64,000 nucleotides of DNA, taken from positions 8,638-72,637 of the forward strand of contig JADFQJ010000008.1 of the NCBI GenBank assembly GCA_022561875.1, read 5' to 3'. Below are positions 1 through 10,576 of this stretch, one piece after another. Both the position numbers and the translations under genes were made by a program. Positions within the stretch are counted from its first letter, which is position 1. The number at the start of each line of letters is the position of its first letter. The stretch is from Bacteroidota bacterium (GTDB taxonomy: Bacteria > Bacteroidota > Bacteroidia > Bacteroidales > VadinHA17). The notes under the pieces are model-generated. The model worked only from the letters and a program-made list of their open reading frames with translations. It was not told the DNA's origin and made no database searches.

Positions 1-552
1 GAAAAAATATCAATTGATTCTGCATCAATGATGAATAAAGGGCTTGAAGCTATTGAAGCCAGGTGGCTTTTTGGTGTCGATCCCGGGCAGATAGAGATTG
101 TTATTCATCCACAATCAGTGATCCATTCACTCGTTCAGTTTTGTGACGGGTCATTAAAAGCACAAATGGGAGTACCCGATATGAAACTCCCCATTCTTTA
201 TGCCCTTGGCTATCCAAAAAGAGTGGAATCAGACTTTCCCAGATTCAGTTTTACTGATTATCCAAATTTGACATTTGAACAGGTAGATACGAAAAAATTT
301 CGTAACCTTGCACTCTCATTCGAAGCTTTACACAGGGGAGGGAATATCCCATGTGCCTTAAATGCTGCTAATGAAGCTGTTGTTCAGGCATTTCTTTATA
401 AAAAAGTTAAATTTATGGAGATGCCGGATATTATTGAGAAAGTTATAAACACTATTTCATTTATTGAGAAACCCGGAATTGAGGATCTTGAGCAAACAAA
501 TTATGAAAGCCACAGGCTCGCCGAATCGCACATACATTTAAATAGAAATTAA
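1..552 (+). CDS. dxr: 1-deoxy-D-xylulose 5-phosphate reductoisomerase, C-terminal part (5' end outside window)
   Basis: Frame 1 is open from base 1. The translation ..IDSASMMNKGLEAIEARWLF..IHPQSVIHSLVQFCDGSLKAQMGVPDMKLPI.. matches the conserved Dxr C-terminal region. It is followed by rseP, a common synteny. Confidence 0.9.
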   Translation, partial: EKISIDSASMMNKGLEAIEARWLFGVDPGQIEIVIHPQSVIHSLVQFCDGSLKAQMGVPDMKLPILYALGYPKRVESDFPRFSFTDYPNLTFEQVDTKKFRNLALSFEALHRGGNIPCALNAANEAVVQAFLYKKVKFMEMPDIIEKVINTISFIEKPGIEDLEQTNYESHRLAESHIHLNRN

Positions 553-557
553 TCCGA

Positions 558-1883
558 ATGGAAGTTTTTGTCAAAATAGCACAGTTACTTTTAAGCTTAT
601 CAATACTGGTTATCCTTCATGAGTTTGGACATTTTATGTTTGCTAAACTGTTTAAGACCCGTGTTGAGAAGTTCTATTTGTTTTTCAATCCGTGGTTTTC
701 ATTATTTAAGTTTAAAAAGGGGGAAACGGAATACGGAATAGGTTGGCTGCCACTTGGTGGTTATATTAAGATATCAGGGATGATAGATGAATCTATGGAT
801 AAGGAGCAAATGAAAAAACCTCCCCAACCCTGGGAATTCAGGTCAAAACCTTCATGGCAGCGACTTATCATAATGCTGGGTGGTGTAATGGTGAATTTTT
901 TACTCGCTATAATAATCTATATTCTGATCCTTTTTGCATGGGGCGAAGAGTATCTGCCCACGGAAAATGTAAAATACGGAATACTGGTAGATTCTGTTGG
1001 TGTTGAAATGGGATTAATGAATGGGGATAGGATTATTAGCGTTGATAACCAGGAGATTGAAAAGTTTTATCAGATTATTCCTGATATAGTTTTAAATGAA
1101 AGAAAATCGATACAGATAAAAAGGGATGGCAGATTACTTGAGGTAAAAATACCTAAAGAAGTCATTCCGGCTCTTATTAATGGCAGAGGAAGAATTGATG
1201 TAAGAATCCCGTTCTCCCCCTTGATTGTTGAGGGTTTCATTAAAGAATCACCAAGTAAAAAAGCAGGATTGAAAACAGGTGATGAGATATTGGGTCTTGG
1301 CAATATGACTTTTGAGTATTATGATGAGTTTAAAAAGAAACTGGGTGAAAATAAAGAGGCGGAAATCACCCTGCAGGTTAAAAGAAATGGTGAAAACCTG
1401 GTTATCCCCGTAACGGTGAACAACCAGGGGATGATAGGGATAAGAAGGAATATTGAGGAATTTTTTGAATTTAAAAAGGTGGAATATGGTTTCTTTGAAT
1501 CGATACCGGCTGGTATAGCAAAAGGAATAAAAACACTGCAGAATTATCTGAAACAGTTTAAACTTATTTTTTCCAAAGATACCCAAGCTTATAAATCCCT
1601 GGGAGGTTTTATTACTATAGGAAGCCTCTTCCCCGGAACATGGGATTGGCAGGCTTTCTGGAATCTTACAGCATTTTTGTCTATCATTCTTGCCATAATG
1701 AATATTTTGCCCATCCCGGCTTTAGATGGCGGCCATGTAATGTTCCTGTTATACGAAGTGATTTCCGGTAGAAAACCCAGTGATAAATTTTTGGAATATG
1801 CCCAGACGACAGGTATGATCATCCTGTTATCGCTGCTGTTATTTGCTAACGGGAACGATATTATAAGGTATTTTAATAGGTGA
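558..1883 (+). CDS. rseP: RIP metalloprotease RseP (site-2 protease, M50 family) with PDZ domain
   Basis: HEFGH zinc motif at the N-terminus, multiple TM segments, a central PDZ-like region, and a C-terminal NILPIPALDGGH motif typical of M50 proteases. Confidence 0.9.
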   Translation: MEVFVKIAQLLLSLSILVILHEFGHFMFAKLFKTRVEKFYLFFNPWFSLFKFKKGETEYGIGWLPLGGYIKISGMIDESMDKEQMKKPPQPWEFRSKPSWQRLIIMLGGVMVNFLLAIIIYILILFAWGEEYLPTENVKYGILVDSVGVEMGLMNGDRIISVDNQEIEKFYQIIPDIVLNERKSIQIKRDGRLLEVKIPKEVIPALINGRGRIDVRIPFSPLIVEGFIKESPSKKAGLKTGDEILGLGNMTFEYYDEFKKKLGENKEAEITLQVKRNGENLVIPVTVNNQGMIGIRRNIEEFFEFKKVEYGFFESIPAGIAKGIKTLQNYLKQFKLIFSKDTQAYKSLGGFITIGSLFPGTWDWQAFWNLTAFLSIILAIMNILPIPALDGGHVMFLLYEVISGRKPSDKFLEYAQTTGMIILLSLLLFANGNDIIRYFNR

Positions 1884-1934
1884 GTAGGTGAGTAGGTGAG
1901 TAGGTGAGTAGGTAAGTAAATGAGTAAATGATAA
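1879..1934 (+). repeat. Tandem octamer array: GGTGAGTA x4 perfect plus 3 degenerate units
   Basis: Read directly: ggtgagta x4 (1879-1910), then ggtaagta, aatgagta, aatgataa. The rseP stop codon TGA (1881-1883) lies inside the first unit. No C occurs across the array. Confidence 0.9.
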
Positions 1935-2067
1935 GAGGGGGCGAAAGAAATTTCAAACACGTGAAATAATCCTTTTTTTTGTATGGTCATTAAAAAAAAA
2001 CTTTGTATTAGGTTTAACAATGAAAATATATTATTTTTGTATCACTAAAAACAAAAAGTAAAGAAAC

Positions 2068-2277
2068 ATGACATCATTTATCATTGCCGGCTTTTTAGGT
2101 CCTCCTGAGATCATTATCATAGTTATCGTTGTTATTATTCTGTTTGGCGGAAGAAAAATACCTGAACTGATGAAAGGAATAGGACAGGGTTTGAAAGAAT
2201 TCAAGAAAGCCACGAGGGATGATAGTTCGGATGATAATGAGGAAAAAGAAAAGGGGAAAATCGAGTCAAAAGGCTGA
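2068..2277 (+). CDS. tatA: Twin-arginine translocase subunit TatA/E
   Basis: 69 aa with one N-terminal TM helix, followed by the amphipathic FGGRKIPELMKGIGQGLKEFKKA motif and an acidic tail. Confidence 0.9.
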   Translation: MTSFIIAGFLGPPEIIIIVIVVIILFGGRKIPELMKGIGQGLKEFKKATRDDSSDDNEEKEKGKIESKG

Positions 2278-2305
2278 ACATCTTCCTTTCAAGGATAGTT
2301 TTTAT

Positions 2306-2346
2306 ACCTGCCGGAGTTTTTTAAAAAATACCGGCAGGTTTTTTTA
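2306..2346 (+). terminator. Rho-independent terminator after tatA
   Basis: ACCTGCCGG (2306-2314) pairs with CCGGCAGGT (2331-2339), followed by a T-run to 2346. Confidence 0.75.
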
Positions 2347-2525
2347 TGAATTTTCGAGGACAATTATTACCTTACGGTAAAAAAACAAGCTTAGTTTTCA
2401 GGTTTCATAAATAATTAGTTAATAGTCGGCAGCCCACAGTCGACAAGAAAGCAAATAACAATAAAATAATTATAACACAATGGCAACTGGATTTAGAAAC
2501 TTATCTTTATATAAAAAAGCATACC

Positions 2526-3530
2526 ATGAAAACCTGGAAATACCATAAAAGCATTCTGATAATTATTATTATTTCGTTTCTGTTTTCCTGTAACAGCGAT
2601 TACAAAAGAGATGCAACATTGCTGCCTAAAATATCCGGGAAAACCGGTGAAATTTTACTGGTCATTAGCAAGAAAAAATGGGAGGGAGATATGGGACAGG
2701 CATTTAGAGATATTTTAGCTTATGACCAGTATGGGCTTCCCCAGCCTGAACCCATTTTTGATTTTGTGAATATTACTCCTGGTGGTTTTTCAAAGCTTCA
2801 TCAGCCGCACAGAAATATCATTTTTGTTAAAACAGGTAAGGATTTTAAGGAGCCGAAAATCACTTTCCGAAAAAACAGATGGGCTTACCCCCAACTGGTT
2901 ATTAATATTGAGGGACCTGATGATTTAACTGTAATAGATTTGCTTGAACAAAACGGAGATAAGATCGTTACTTGGATAAACGGGAAAGAACGGGCCAGGT
3001 TGACTACTTATTACAAGGGGTTGATGGACCCGGACATTGCGAAGAATATTGAGAAAGATCATCAAGTACATCTGGTGATCCCGGTGGGTTACAGCCTGGA
3101 TGTTAATAAAAAAGATTTCGCATGGGTCGCTAATGAGCCTCACTTCATTAGTCAGGGTATTCTGATTTATCACTATCCTTATACAGATACTAATACATTT
3201 ACACCTGAATACCTGATCAGGAAGAGAAATTACTATTTGAAAAAATATGTTCCAGGCCCCAATCCGGGCACATACATGACAACTGAAGATTTATTAAAAC
3301 CTGAATTTAAAGAATTCGAAATAGGGAAACGGTATTTTGCGCAGCTGCGTGGATTATGGAAGTTGGAGAATGGATTCATGGGTGGACCATTCATCAGTTT
3401 GTCAACTGTTGATGAGAAACTTAACAGGGTTGTAACAGTTGAAGGCTTTGTGTATGCTCCAGGGGATGAAAAAAGAGAATTTCTGCGCCAGCTTGAAACC
3501 ATCCTGTATACTCTTAAGCTTCAGGAATAA
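2526..3530 (+). CDS. Predicted lipoprotein of unknown function (possibly DUF4837-like)
   Basis: The signal peptide ends in a lipobox-like FLFSC. The ORF is 334 aa with no overlapping competitor. The family assignment is from memory only and is not verified. Confidence 0.6.
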   Translation: MKTWKYHKSILIIIIISFLFSCNSDYKRDATLLPKISGKTGEILLVISKKKWEGDMGQAFRDILAYDQYGLPQPEPIFDFVNITPGGFSKLHQPHRNIIFVKTGKDFKEPKITFRKNRWAYPQLVINIEGPDDLTVIDLLEQNGDKIVTWINGKERARLTTYYKGLMDPDIAKNIEKDHQVHLVIPVGYSLDVNKKDFAWVANEPHFISQGILIYHYPYTDTNTFTPEYLIRKRNYYLKKYVPGPNPGTYMTTEDLLKPEFKEFEIGKRYFAQLRGLWKLENGFMGGPFISLSTVDEKLNRVVTVEGFVYAPGDEKREFLRQLETILYTLKLQE

Positions 3531-3556
3531 TATGGAACACAGTATCCTTCTTAAGA

Positions 3557-3761
3557 GTTATAAGTTAAAAGTTATAAGTTAAGCTATTCGCATTTTGCTT
3601 TACATCAAGCTGTTACGAGTTTCGAGTTTCGTGTTACGGGTAAACGCATGTTTCTTTGGCTCTATTCTCTTCTCATTTTCTCATTTTCTCCTCTTCACCT
3701 TTTCGACCCTCAGACCTTTCGACTCTTCGACTTCTTCAATCTTCCATCATTCCATTCTTCC
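3557..3761. repeat. Composite short-repeat region between convergent genes
   Basis: gttataagttaa x2 (3557-3568, 3571-3582). cgagttt x2 (~3616-3629). ctcattttctcattttctcc (~3672-3691). ttcgac x3 (3703-3732). ccatcattccattcttcc (3744-3761) is the reverse complement of the GGAATGATGG word found elsewhere. Confidence 0.8.
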
Positions 3762-4837
3762 ACGTATGCCTGGTTCCTCAGCTGTGGTATAAATCCGGCT
3801 TCCCTGATAGCTGCCTGGATACTTTCAGCATCAAATTTATGCGAAGCGCCGGCTGCAGAAACTACATTTTCTTCGATCATTATGGAACCAAAATCATTTG
3901 CGCCGGCATGCAGGCAAAGCTGACCCGTTGATTTTCCGACAGTAAGCCATGACGCCTGAATGTTTTTTATATTTGGCAGGAATATTCTGCTTAATGCAAT
4001 AGTTCGTATATATTCTTCAGAGCTGATAGCGTTTTCTATACCCAGCTTACTTTTTAGAACTGTTCCCTGGTCCTGGAAAGTCCAGGGAATAAAGGCAATA
4101 AATCCCGGACTGGTATCCGGCTTTTCAGATTGCAAATCACGCAATACTTTTAAATGAGCAATCCGGTCTTTCTTTGATTCAATATGCCCGAACATCATGG
4201 TTGCAGAAGTTACAAGGTTCATTTTGTGAGCTTCCCTCATCACATCGAGCCATTCCCCGGTGTTTGCTTTTAACGGAGAAAGCTCCTTTCGTATATGGTC
4301 ACAAAGTATTTCGGCTCCGGCACCGGGCAGACTATCAAGTCCGGCACTGACCAGCTCTTCAAGCACTTTACGGAATGAAAGCTTCTCTTTGCGGGCAATA
4401 TGTACAATTTCCGGCGGACTTAATGCATGAAGCCTTAGTTCCGGGAATAATTCCTTCAATCTGCTGAATAACCCGGTATAAAATCCCAAACCGAGTTTAG
4501 GATGAAGCCCTCCCTGTAATAGTAATTGATTACCACCTTGATTGAAAAGCGTTTTGATCTTTTTCTGGTATTCTTCAATGGAAGTGATGTAACCGTCTGA
4601 GGCATTTTTTTTCCTGTAGAAATTACAGAATTTGCATTGTGAATAACAGATGTTTGTAATATTGACATTTCTGTCAATGATCCATGTTACTTTATTACCC
4701 GGTACAAGTTTCTGTCTTATCTGGCTGGCAACAAAAATAAGTTCATCAGTAGGAGCTGATGTGTAAAGTTTCAGACCTTCATCCGGAGTAAGAAACTTAA
4801 GAGCCAGGGCTTTGGAATATATTGTTTCAAAGTTCAA
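3710..4837 (-). CDS. Radical SAM enzyme of the MqnC/MqnE/CofH family (futalosine-route menaquinone biosynthesis)
   Basis: CxxxCxxC-type cluster motif NICYSQCKFCNF. Also QGGLHP, GAGAEIL and PLKANTGEWLDVMREAH blocks as in MqnC/MqnE. I cannot separate MqnC from MqnE by eye. The last ~16 codons are encoded by the repeat region. Confidence 0.75.
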   Translation of the reverse strand: MNFETIYSKALALKFLTPDEGLKLYTSAPTDELIFVASQIRQKLVPGNKVTWIIDRNVNITNICYSQCKFCNFYRKKNASDGYITSIEEYQKKIKTLFNQGGNQLLLQGGLHPKLGLGFYTGLFSRLKELFPELRLHALSPPEIVHIARKEKLSFRKVLEELVSAGLDSLPGAGAEILCDHIRKELSPLKANTGEWLDVMREAHKMNLVTSATMMFGHIESKKDRIAHLKVLRDLQSEKPDTSPGFIAFIPWTFQDQGTVLKSKLGIENAISSEEYIRTIALSRIFLPNIKNIQASWLTVGKSTGQLCLHAGANDFGSIMIEENVVSAAGASHKFDAESIQAAIREAGFIPQLRNQAYVEEWNDGRLKKSKSRKV

Positions 4838-4952
4838 GTCGATTAATTGTTTTGGTTTAATATATCTGCTCTGTTTGATCCAATATATAAATTTAGTTGA
4901 TCAATAATTGAAACAAACAAAATTATAATAAAAATCACATATAAAATTTTAT

Positions 4953-4960
4953 TAATTTTG
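4953..4960 (+). promoter_or_regulatory. Candidate Bacteroidota -7 promoter box (TAnnTTTG) for pepA
   Basis: TAATTTTG lies 19 nt upstream of the pepA ATG. No convincing -33 TTTG was seen. Confidence 0.3.
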
Positions 4961-4978
4961 CTTTTACAAAAATAGCAC

Positions 4979-6436
4979 ATGGATTTAAAATATTCATTAA
5001 GAAAAGATATACCTGGTAATAAATCTGTAATATATCTTATTCGTAAAGATAACAACCTCAGCCGTTTTGCTTTTACCAGGCAGGAGCTTAAATATATTAT
5101 GGGGCAGATAAAAGATAAAGAAAAACAGATTTCCATCAATTCTTATGATAAGTGGAATTACATACAGGTTGTTGAAAATGAAACGGACCTCGATAAACAG
5201 TATGAAAAATGCAGAAGAGCAGGTAATGAATATTCTTCGTTGCTAAAAAAACATAAGCATAGTGAAATTGTTCTGGCAGATGTGACAGGAGAGCCTGGTT
5301 TACTTCTCGCCTTTGTGGAGGGATTGGTACTGGGCAGCTATCGTTTTCTAAGGTATTTCGGAGACAAAAAGGAGAAGAAACATCCGTTAAAAACCATAAT
5401 TCTGGTGTCAGAAAAACTTGATAAGCAAGAACTTAATATTTTACAAAATTTAAACGAAGCAGTTTATTTTGTCCGGGATATGATCAACGAGCCATCTTCC
5501 TTTATGAATGCTGTTCAATTTTCGAAAGCTGTAAGGCAATTGGGAGAACGCGCCGGTTTTTCGGTTGAGGTTTTTAATAAGAAAAAAATTGAGTCTTTGA
5601 AAATGGGCGGGCTGCTTGGCGTGAACAAAGGTAGTATTGATCCGCCTACATTTACAGTAATGGAGTGGATGCCTGATAATGCAGTAAATAAAAATCCGCT
5701 GGTTTTAGTTGGGAAAGGAGTGGTATTTGATACAGGAGGATTGAGTTTAAAACAAACTAAAAACAGTATGGATACGATGAAATCAGATATGAGTGGTGCA
5801 GCAGCTGTTGCAGGGGCGATCTATGCAGTTGCCCGATCAAGAATCCCGGTAAAGGTTGTAGGGTTATTACCTGCTACAGATAACAGACCCGATGGAAATG
5901 CCATGGCGCCGGGAGATGTTATTACTATGTATAATGGTATGTCTGTGGAGGTTTTAAACACTGATGCCGAGGGTAGGCTGATTATGGCTGATGCTATTAG
6001 TTACGCGGATAAGTATAAGCCAGGGCTAATCATTGATATTGCTACACTGACAGGATCAGCAGCAATGGCATTAGGGAAATACGGAATAGTTGGCATGGGG
6101 AATGCCGGTGAAATTTATTTGAAAGCTCTTATTCACAGTGGAAACCGGGTTCATGAACGAATTGTGGAATTTCCCTTTTGGGAAGAATATGAAAAATTGC
6201 TGGAATCGGATATTGCTGATTTAAAAAACACTGCCGGACGTGAAGCAGGAGCAATAACTGCAGGAAAATTCCTTGAAAAGTTTACCGACTATCCGTTTAT
6301 TCATCTCGATATAGCCGGAGCGGCCTTCCTTACAAAAGCAAATTCTTACCAGGGTAAAGGAGCAACAGGCATTGGTGTCAGATTATTGTTTGATTTCATA
6401 CGCAATTTTCCGAATCTTTTTGATCAGGATATGTGA
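4979..6436 (+). CDS. pepA: Leucyl aminopeptidase (M17 family)
   Basis: VGKGVVFDTGGLSLK and NTDAEGRL signature blocks of M17 aminopeptidases. Confidence 0.9.
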   Translation: MDLKYSLRKDIPGNKSVIYLIRKDNNLSRFAFTRQELKYIMGQIKDKEKQISINSYDKWNYIQVVENETDLDKQYEKCRRAGNEYSSLLKKHKHSEIVLADVTGEPGLLLAFVEGLVLGSYRFLRYFGDKKEKKHPLKTIILVSEKLDKQELNILQNLNEAVYFVRDMINEPSSFMNAVQFSKAVRQLGERAGFSVEVFNKKKIESLKMGGLLGVNKGSIDPPTFTVMEWMPDNAVNKNPLVLVGKGVVFDTGGLSLKQTKNSMDTMKSDMSGAAAVAGAIYAVARSRIPVKVVGLLPATDNRPDGNAMAPGDVITMYNGMSVEVLNTDAEGRLIMADAISYADKYKPGLIIDIATLTGSAAMALGKYGIVGMGNAGEIYLKALIHSGNRVHERIVEFPFWEEYEKLLESDIADLKNTAGREAGAITAGKFLEKFTDYPFIHLDIAGAAFLTKANSYQGKGATGIGVRLLFDFIRNFPNLFDQDM

Positions 6437-6489
6437 TCATTGATTGAAATTACTAACTTTCCGGGTTAATTTTAAGAAAGACCAGTATT

Positions 6490-7539
6490 ATGGAATATGA
6501 AAAGATAAAGGTTGGAATTACCCAGGGAGATATTAATGGTATTAGCTATGAAGTTATCATTAAAACATTGGAAGATAACAGGATAAGTGAGATGTGTACA
6601 CCAATTTTGTATGGTTCTCCCAAAGTGGCAGCATATCACCGGAAAGCTATCAATATACCCAAATTTAGTTTTAATCACATTAATTCACCTGAAGATGCCA
6701 ATTTGAAAAGACCAAATATTATTAATGTCCTTGATGATTCTGTAAGGGTTGAATTTGGAAAATCAACCAGTGAAGCGGGACAAGCCTCATTCATAAGCAT
6801 GAATAGGGCAGTTAGTGATTTGAGGGAGGAAAAGATTGATGTTCTGGTAACAGCCCCTATTAATAAAAATAATATCCGGTCGGACGATTTTAATTTCCCG
6901 GGACATACGGAATATCTTGAAAGTTTTTATGAAGAAAAGAAAGCTTTGATGATTATGGTAAGCGACCTGTTAAGAGTGGGAATTGTTACCGGTCATATTC
7001 CTGTTGCAAAGATACCTGAACATATTACGATGGATAGTGTTCTTGATAAGTTGATACTTCTTGAACAATCACTAATTCAGGATTTTGGTGTTCATAAACC
7101 GACAATTGCCGTATTGGGACTGAATCCACATGCCGGTGACGAGGGCGTTTTAGGATCAGAAGAAATTGAGATTATCACACCGGCTATTGAAGCAGCTAAA
7201 GAAGAAAAAATTCTTGCATTTGGTCCTTATCCGGCAGATGGTTTTTTTGGATCAGATAAATATTCGAAATTTGATGCTGTTTTGGCTATGTACCATGATC
7301 AGGGACTCGCTCCCTTTAAAGCTCTTGTTTTTGAATCGGGTGTAAATTTCACGGCCGGTCTTCCAATAATTCGCACATCACCGGCTCATGGCACGGCATA
7401 TGAGCTTGCCGGGCAGGGAGTTGCTTCACCCGACTCGTTCAGGAATGCGCTGTACCTGGCCTGTGATATTTATAGGAACAGGAAAACATATGCAGAAATA
7501 ACATCGAACCCTTTGGAGTCAAATAATAACAATAATTAA
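6490..7539 (+). CDS. pdxA: 4-hydroxythreonine-4-phosphate dehydrogenase
   Basis: GITQGDINGISYEVI start, GHTEYL, GLNPHAGDEG and YHDQGL blocks typical of PdxA. Confidence 0.9.
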   Translation: MEYEKIKVGITQGDINGISYEVIIKTLEDNRISEMCTPILYGSPKVAAYHRKAINIPKFSFNHINSPEDANLKRPNIINVLDDSVRVEFGKSTSEAGQASFISMNRAVSDLREEKIDVLVTAPINKNNIRSDDFNFPGHTEYLESFYEEKKALMIMVSDLLRVGIVTGHIPVAKIPEHITMDSVLDKLILLEQSLIQDFGVHKPTIAVLGLNPHAGDEGVLGSEEIEIITPAIEAAKEEKILAFGPYPADGFFGSDKYSKFDAVLAMYHDQGLAPFKALVFESGVNFTAGLPIIRTSPAHGTAYELAGQGVASPDSFRNALYLACDIYRNRKTYAEITSNPLESNNNNN

Positions 7540-7561
7540 GTATTTATAAGAATCAAATATC

Positions 7562-9835
7562 ATGGCTAAAATTACACGTCAAGAAGCACTAGATTATCAT
7601 TCAAAAGGCAGACCGGGGAAACTTGAAGTGATCCCAACTACACCTTACAGTACACAAACCGATCTGTCCCTGGCTTATACACCCGGCGTAGCTGAACCTT
7701 GCCTGGAAATAGAATCTAATCCTGAAGAAGCTTACAAATATACTATGAAGGGAAATCTGGTTGCTGTAATTTCCAACGGAACAGCTGTTCTTGGTCTTGG
7801 CGATATTGGCGCTCTGGCCGGTAAACCAGTTATGGAAGGAAAGGGACTCCTGTTTAAAGTATTCTCAGACGTGGATGTGTTTGATATCGAGGTGAATGAA
7901 AAAGACATTGATAAAATTGTTGATATTGTGAAGGCAATTTCTCCCACCTTCGGAGGGATCAACCTGGAAGATATTAAAGCTCCTGAGTGCTTTGAAATTG
8001 AAAAAAGATTGATAGAAGAATTGGATATTCCTGTTTTCCATGATGATCAGCATGGAACAGCAATTATATCAGGAGCCGGTTTAGTGAACGCTCTGGAGCT
8101 GGCTGGAAAGAAAATTGAAGATGTAAGAATTGTTGTAAATGGAGCAGGGGCATCTGCAATATCTTGTTCCAGGCTTTATCTATCTCTTGGAGCAAAGCGC
8201 GAGAATATAGTAATGCTTGATAGTAAGGGTGTTCTGAATAAAGACAGGAAAGATCTGAATAAATACAAAAAAGAATTTATTACAGAGAGAAATATTAACA
8301 CTCTTGAAGAAGCTGTTAAAGATTCTGATGTTTTTCTCGGATTATCGATTGGTGGTGTGTTGACCAAAGAAATGGTAAAAACAATGGCTCCCAACCCTAT
8401 AGTCTTTGCTATGGCCAACCCTGATCCTGAAATATCTTATGAAGATGCTATTGAAGCCAGGGATGATATAATTATGGCCACCGGGCGGTCGGATTATCCA
8501 AACCAGGTGAACAATGTACTGGGTTTCCCGTTTATTTTCAGAGGAGCTCTTGATGTACGGGCTACTGTAATCAATGAAGAGATGAAAATAGCTGCCTCTC
8601 GTGCACTTGCTGCACTGGCCAAGGAGCCGGTTCCGGAAACGGTTATCAAAGCTTATGATGCAAAAAGTATAGTTTTCGGAAAAGAATATATCATACCAAA
8701 ACCACTTGATCCACGGCTGATAACCACGGTTGCGCCTGCTGTAGCAAAAGCTGCGATTGAAACAGGTGTTGCCAGGATAAAGATTACCGATTGGGATGCC
8801 TATTGCCACGAACTTGATAAACGGCTGGGACATGAGAATGTTCTTCTTAGAAATATTCAGAATTTAGCAAGACACGATCCGAAACAGATAGTATTTGCTG
8901 AAGGTGATAACCCGAGGATACTGAAGGCTGTGCAGACAGTTGTAAATGAAGGCATTGCAAAGCCTGTTCTTTTAGGAAACAAAAAGAAAATTGCTGATCT
9001 TATTGATGAAAACGCCCTGGAATTGAATAATGTCACGGTTATTGATTACCAGTCTATGGAGGAATCAGGAAGGAGAGAAAAATTCGCTGAGTTGATATTT
9101 AAGAAAAGACAAAGAAAAGGATTTACATTCGATGAAGCTTTGGAGAGTGTTCAAAACCGCAATTATTTTGGGGTTATGATGGTTGAAAGCGGAGAAGCTG
9201 ACGCATTTATTTCAGGTTTTTCAAGTAAATATGCTGACACAATCCGTCCTGCACTTCAGCTGGTTGGTACAGACAGCGAATTGGAACATATTGCAGGAAT
9301 GTACATTGTGAATACCAAAAAGAAAACCTTTTTCTTTTCAGATACAACAATTAATTTCAAACAAACAGCACAAACATTGGTTGATACCACTCTGCTTACT
9401 GCTGAAAAAGTCCGGCAGTTTGGTATTGAGCCACGAATAGCTCTCGTTTCATATTCAAACTTTGGAGCATTCAGGGATGGGAGTCCGGGGATGGTTCGTG
9501 AGGCTGTGGAAATACTCCACCGTGATTATCCTGATTTGATCGTTGACGGAGAAATGCAAGCCAACTTTGCTTTTAATAAAGAATTGAGAAAGAGCAAGTT
9601 CCCATTCAGTAAATTAGCCGAAACAGATGTTAATACAATTATTTTCCCCGACCTGAATTCAGGAAATATTGCATACAAAATGATGCAGGAGATAGGTAAT
9701 GCTCAGATTATCGGACCTGTTTTAATGGGTATCCGGAAATCCATCCATATCCTCCAGCTTGAGAGTTCAGAGAGAGAGATCGTTAATATGGCTGCGATAG
9801 CATGTGTGGATGCCCAGGGCAGAAACGGGGAATAA
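7562..9835 (+). CDS. maeB: NADP-dependent malic enzyme with C-terminal phosphate-acetyltransferase-like domain
   Basis: 757 aa. The N-terminal malic-enzyme/NAD(P)-binding region ([28 protein letters not shown]) is joined to a PTA-like C-terminal half, as in MaeB. Confidence 0.9.
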   Translation: MAKITRQEALDYHSKGRPGKLEVIPTTPYSTQTDLSLAYTPGVAEPCLEIESNPEEAYKYTMKGNLVAVISNGTAVLGLGDIGALAGKPVMEGKGLLFKVFSDVDVFDIEVNEKDIDKIVDIVKAISPTFGGINLEDIKAPECFEIEKRLIEELDIPVFHDDQHGTAIISGAGLVNALELAGKKIEDVRIVVNGAGASAISCSRLYLSLGAKRENIVMLDSKGVLNKDRKDLNKYKKEFITERNINTLEEAVKDSDVFLGLSIGGVLTKEMVKTMAPNPIVFAMANPDPEISYEDAIEARDDIIMATGRSDYPNQVNNVLGFPFIFRGALDVRATVINEEMKIAASRALAALAKEPVPETVIKAYDAKSIVFGKEYIIPKPLDPRLITTVAPAVAKAAIETGVARIKITDWDAYCHELDKRLGHENVLLRNIQNLARHDPKQIVFAEGDNPRILKAVQTVVNEGIAKPVLLGNKKKIADLIDENALELNNVTVIDYQSMEESGRREKFAELIFKKRQRKGFTFDEALESVQNRNYFGVMMVESGEADAFISGFSSKYADTIRPALQLVGTDSELEHIAGMYIVNTKKKTFFFSDTTINFKQTAQTLVDTTLLTAEKVRQFGIEPRIALVSYSNFGAFRDGSPGMVREAVEILHRDYPDLIVDGEMQANFAFNKELRKSKFPFSKLAETDVNTIIFPDLNSGNIAYKMMQEIGNAQIIGPVLMGIRKSIHILQLESSEREIVNMAAIACVDAQGRNGE

Positions 9836-9912
9836 ACATAGCTTCTACTAAAAGTTTAGTATGTGTAGTTAGAAACCTTAGCCATAGCCTTTATTACTCA
9901 TTAATAAACAAT

Positions 9913-9920
9913 TATTTTTG
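9913..9920 (+). promoter_or_regulatory. Candidate -7 promoter box (TAnnTTTG) upstream of ruvA-sprA
   Basis: TATTTTTG lies 49 nt upstream of the ruvA ATG. Confidence 0.3.
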
Positions 9921-9968
9921 AAATTCTGATACATTTAAATTTAGTCCTGTTCATTAATCCTGCTATTT

Positions 9969-10550
9969 ATGTATGAATATATTCAGGGAACTTTAGCGGA
10001 GGTAAACCCGGCTTATGCTATTGTTGAAACCGGTAATATTGGTTATTTCATCAATATCTCTCTTCATACTTTTTCAAATATTTCCGGCAAAAAGGAAGTT
10101 AAACTGCTTATCCATCAAATTGTTCGTGATGATGCCCGTCTCTTTTTCGGATTTGCTGATAAGCATGAGCGGGAAATATTCAGGATGCTGATATCAGTGT
10201 CGGGAATTGGAGCAAACACAGCCCGGATGATGCTTTCGACACTTTCTCCCACCGAACTAAGCAAAGCCATTATGGAAGCGGATGTTAATCTTTTGAAAAG
10301 TATAAAAGGAATAGGTGTCAAATCAGCCCAAAGAGTGGTTGTTGATCTTAAAGATAAGGTTGGAACGTCAGGTGATGCAAGTGAAATTTTCAAAGAAGAA
10401 AGCAATACTTTGAAAGAAGAATCGTTATCTGCTTTAGTAATGCTGGGATTCTCAAAAGCCTCTGTTCAAAAAGTACTGGAAAAGATCCTTAGAGAAGAAG
10501 GGGATATTACAGTTGAGGAGCTTGTGAAAGAAGCATTGAAAAGATTATAA
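9969..10550 (+). CDS. ruvA: Holliday junction branch migration complex subunit RuvA
   Basis: MYEYIQG..L start, an HhH region (ISVSGIGANTARMMLS, IKGIGVKSAQRVVVDLK), and a C-terminal domain III. Confidence 0.9.
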   Translation: MYEYIQGTLAEVNPAYAIVETGNIGYFINISLHTFSNISGKKEVKLLIHQIVRDDARLFFGFADKHEREIFRMLISVSGIGANTARMMLSTLSPTELSKAIMEADVNLLKSIKGIGVKSAQRVVVDLKDKVGTSGDASEIFKEESNTLKEESLSALVMLGFSKASVQKVLEKILREEGDITVEELVKEALKRL

Positions 10551-10576
10551 AGCTCTAAAAATACTTCCGTTGGCAC

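Noticed and set aside
1879-1926. GGTGAGT/GGTAAGT units look like eukaryotic 5' splice-site consensus.
   Set aside because: The context is plainly bacterial (operons, T9SS, LPS genes). The resemblance is coincidental for a purine-rich octamer.
3595-3931. Three overlapping plus-strand ORFs (3595..3792, 3648..3923, 3656..3931) with S/F/L-rich products.
   Set aside because: They translate the short-repeat region and the antisense strand of the radical SAM gene. There is no independent coding signal.
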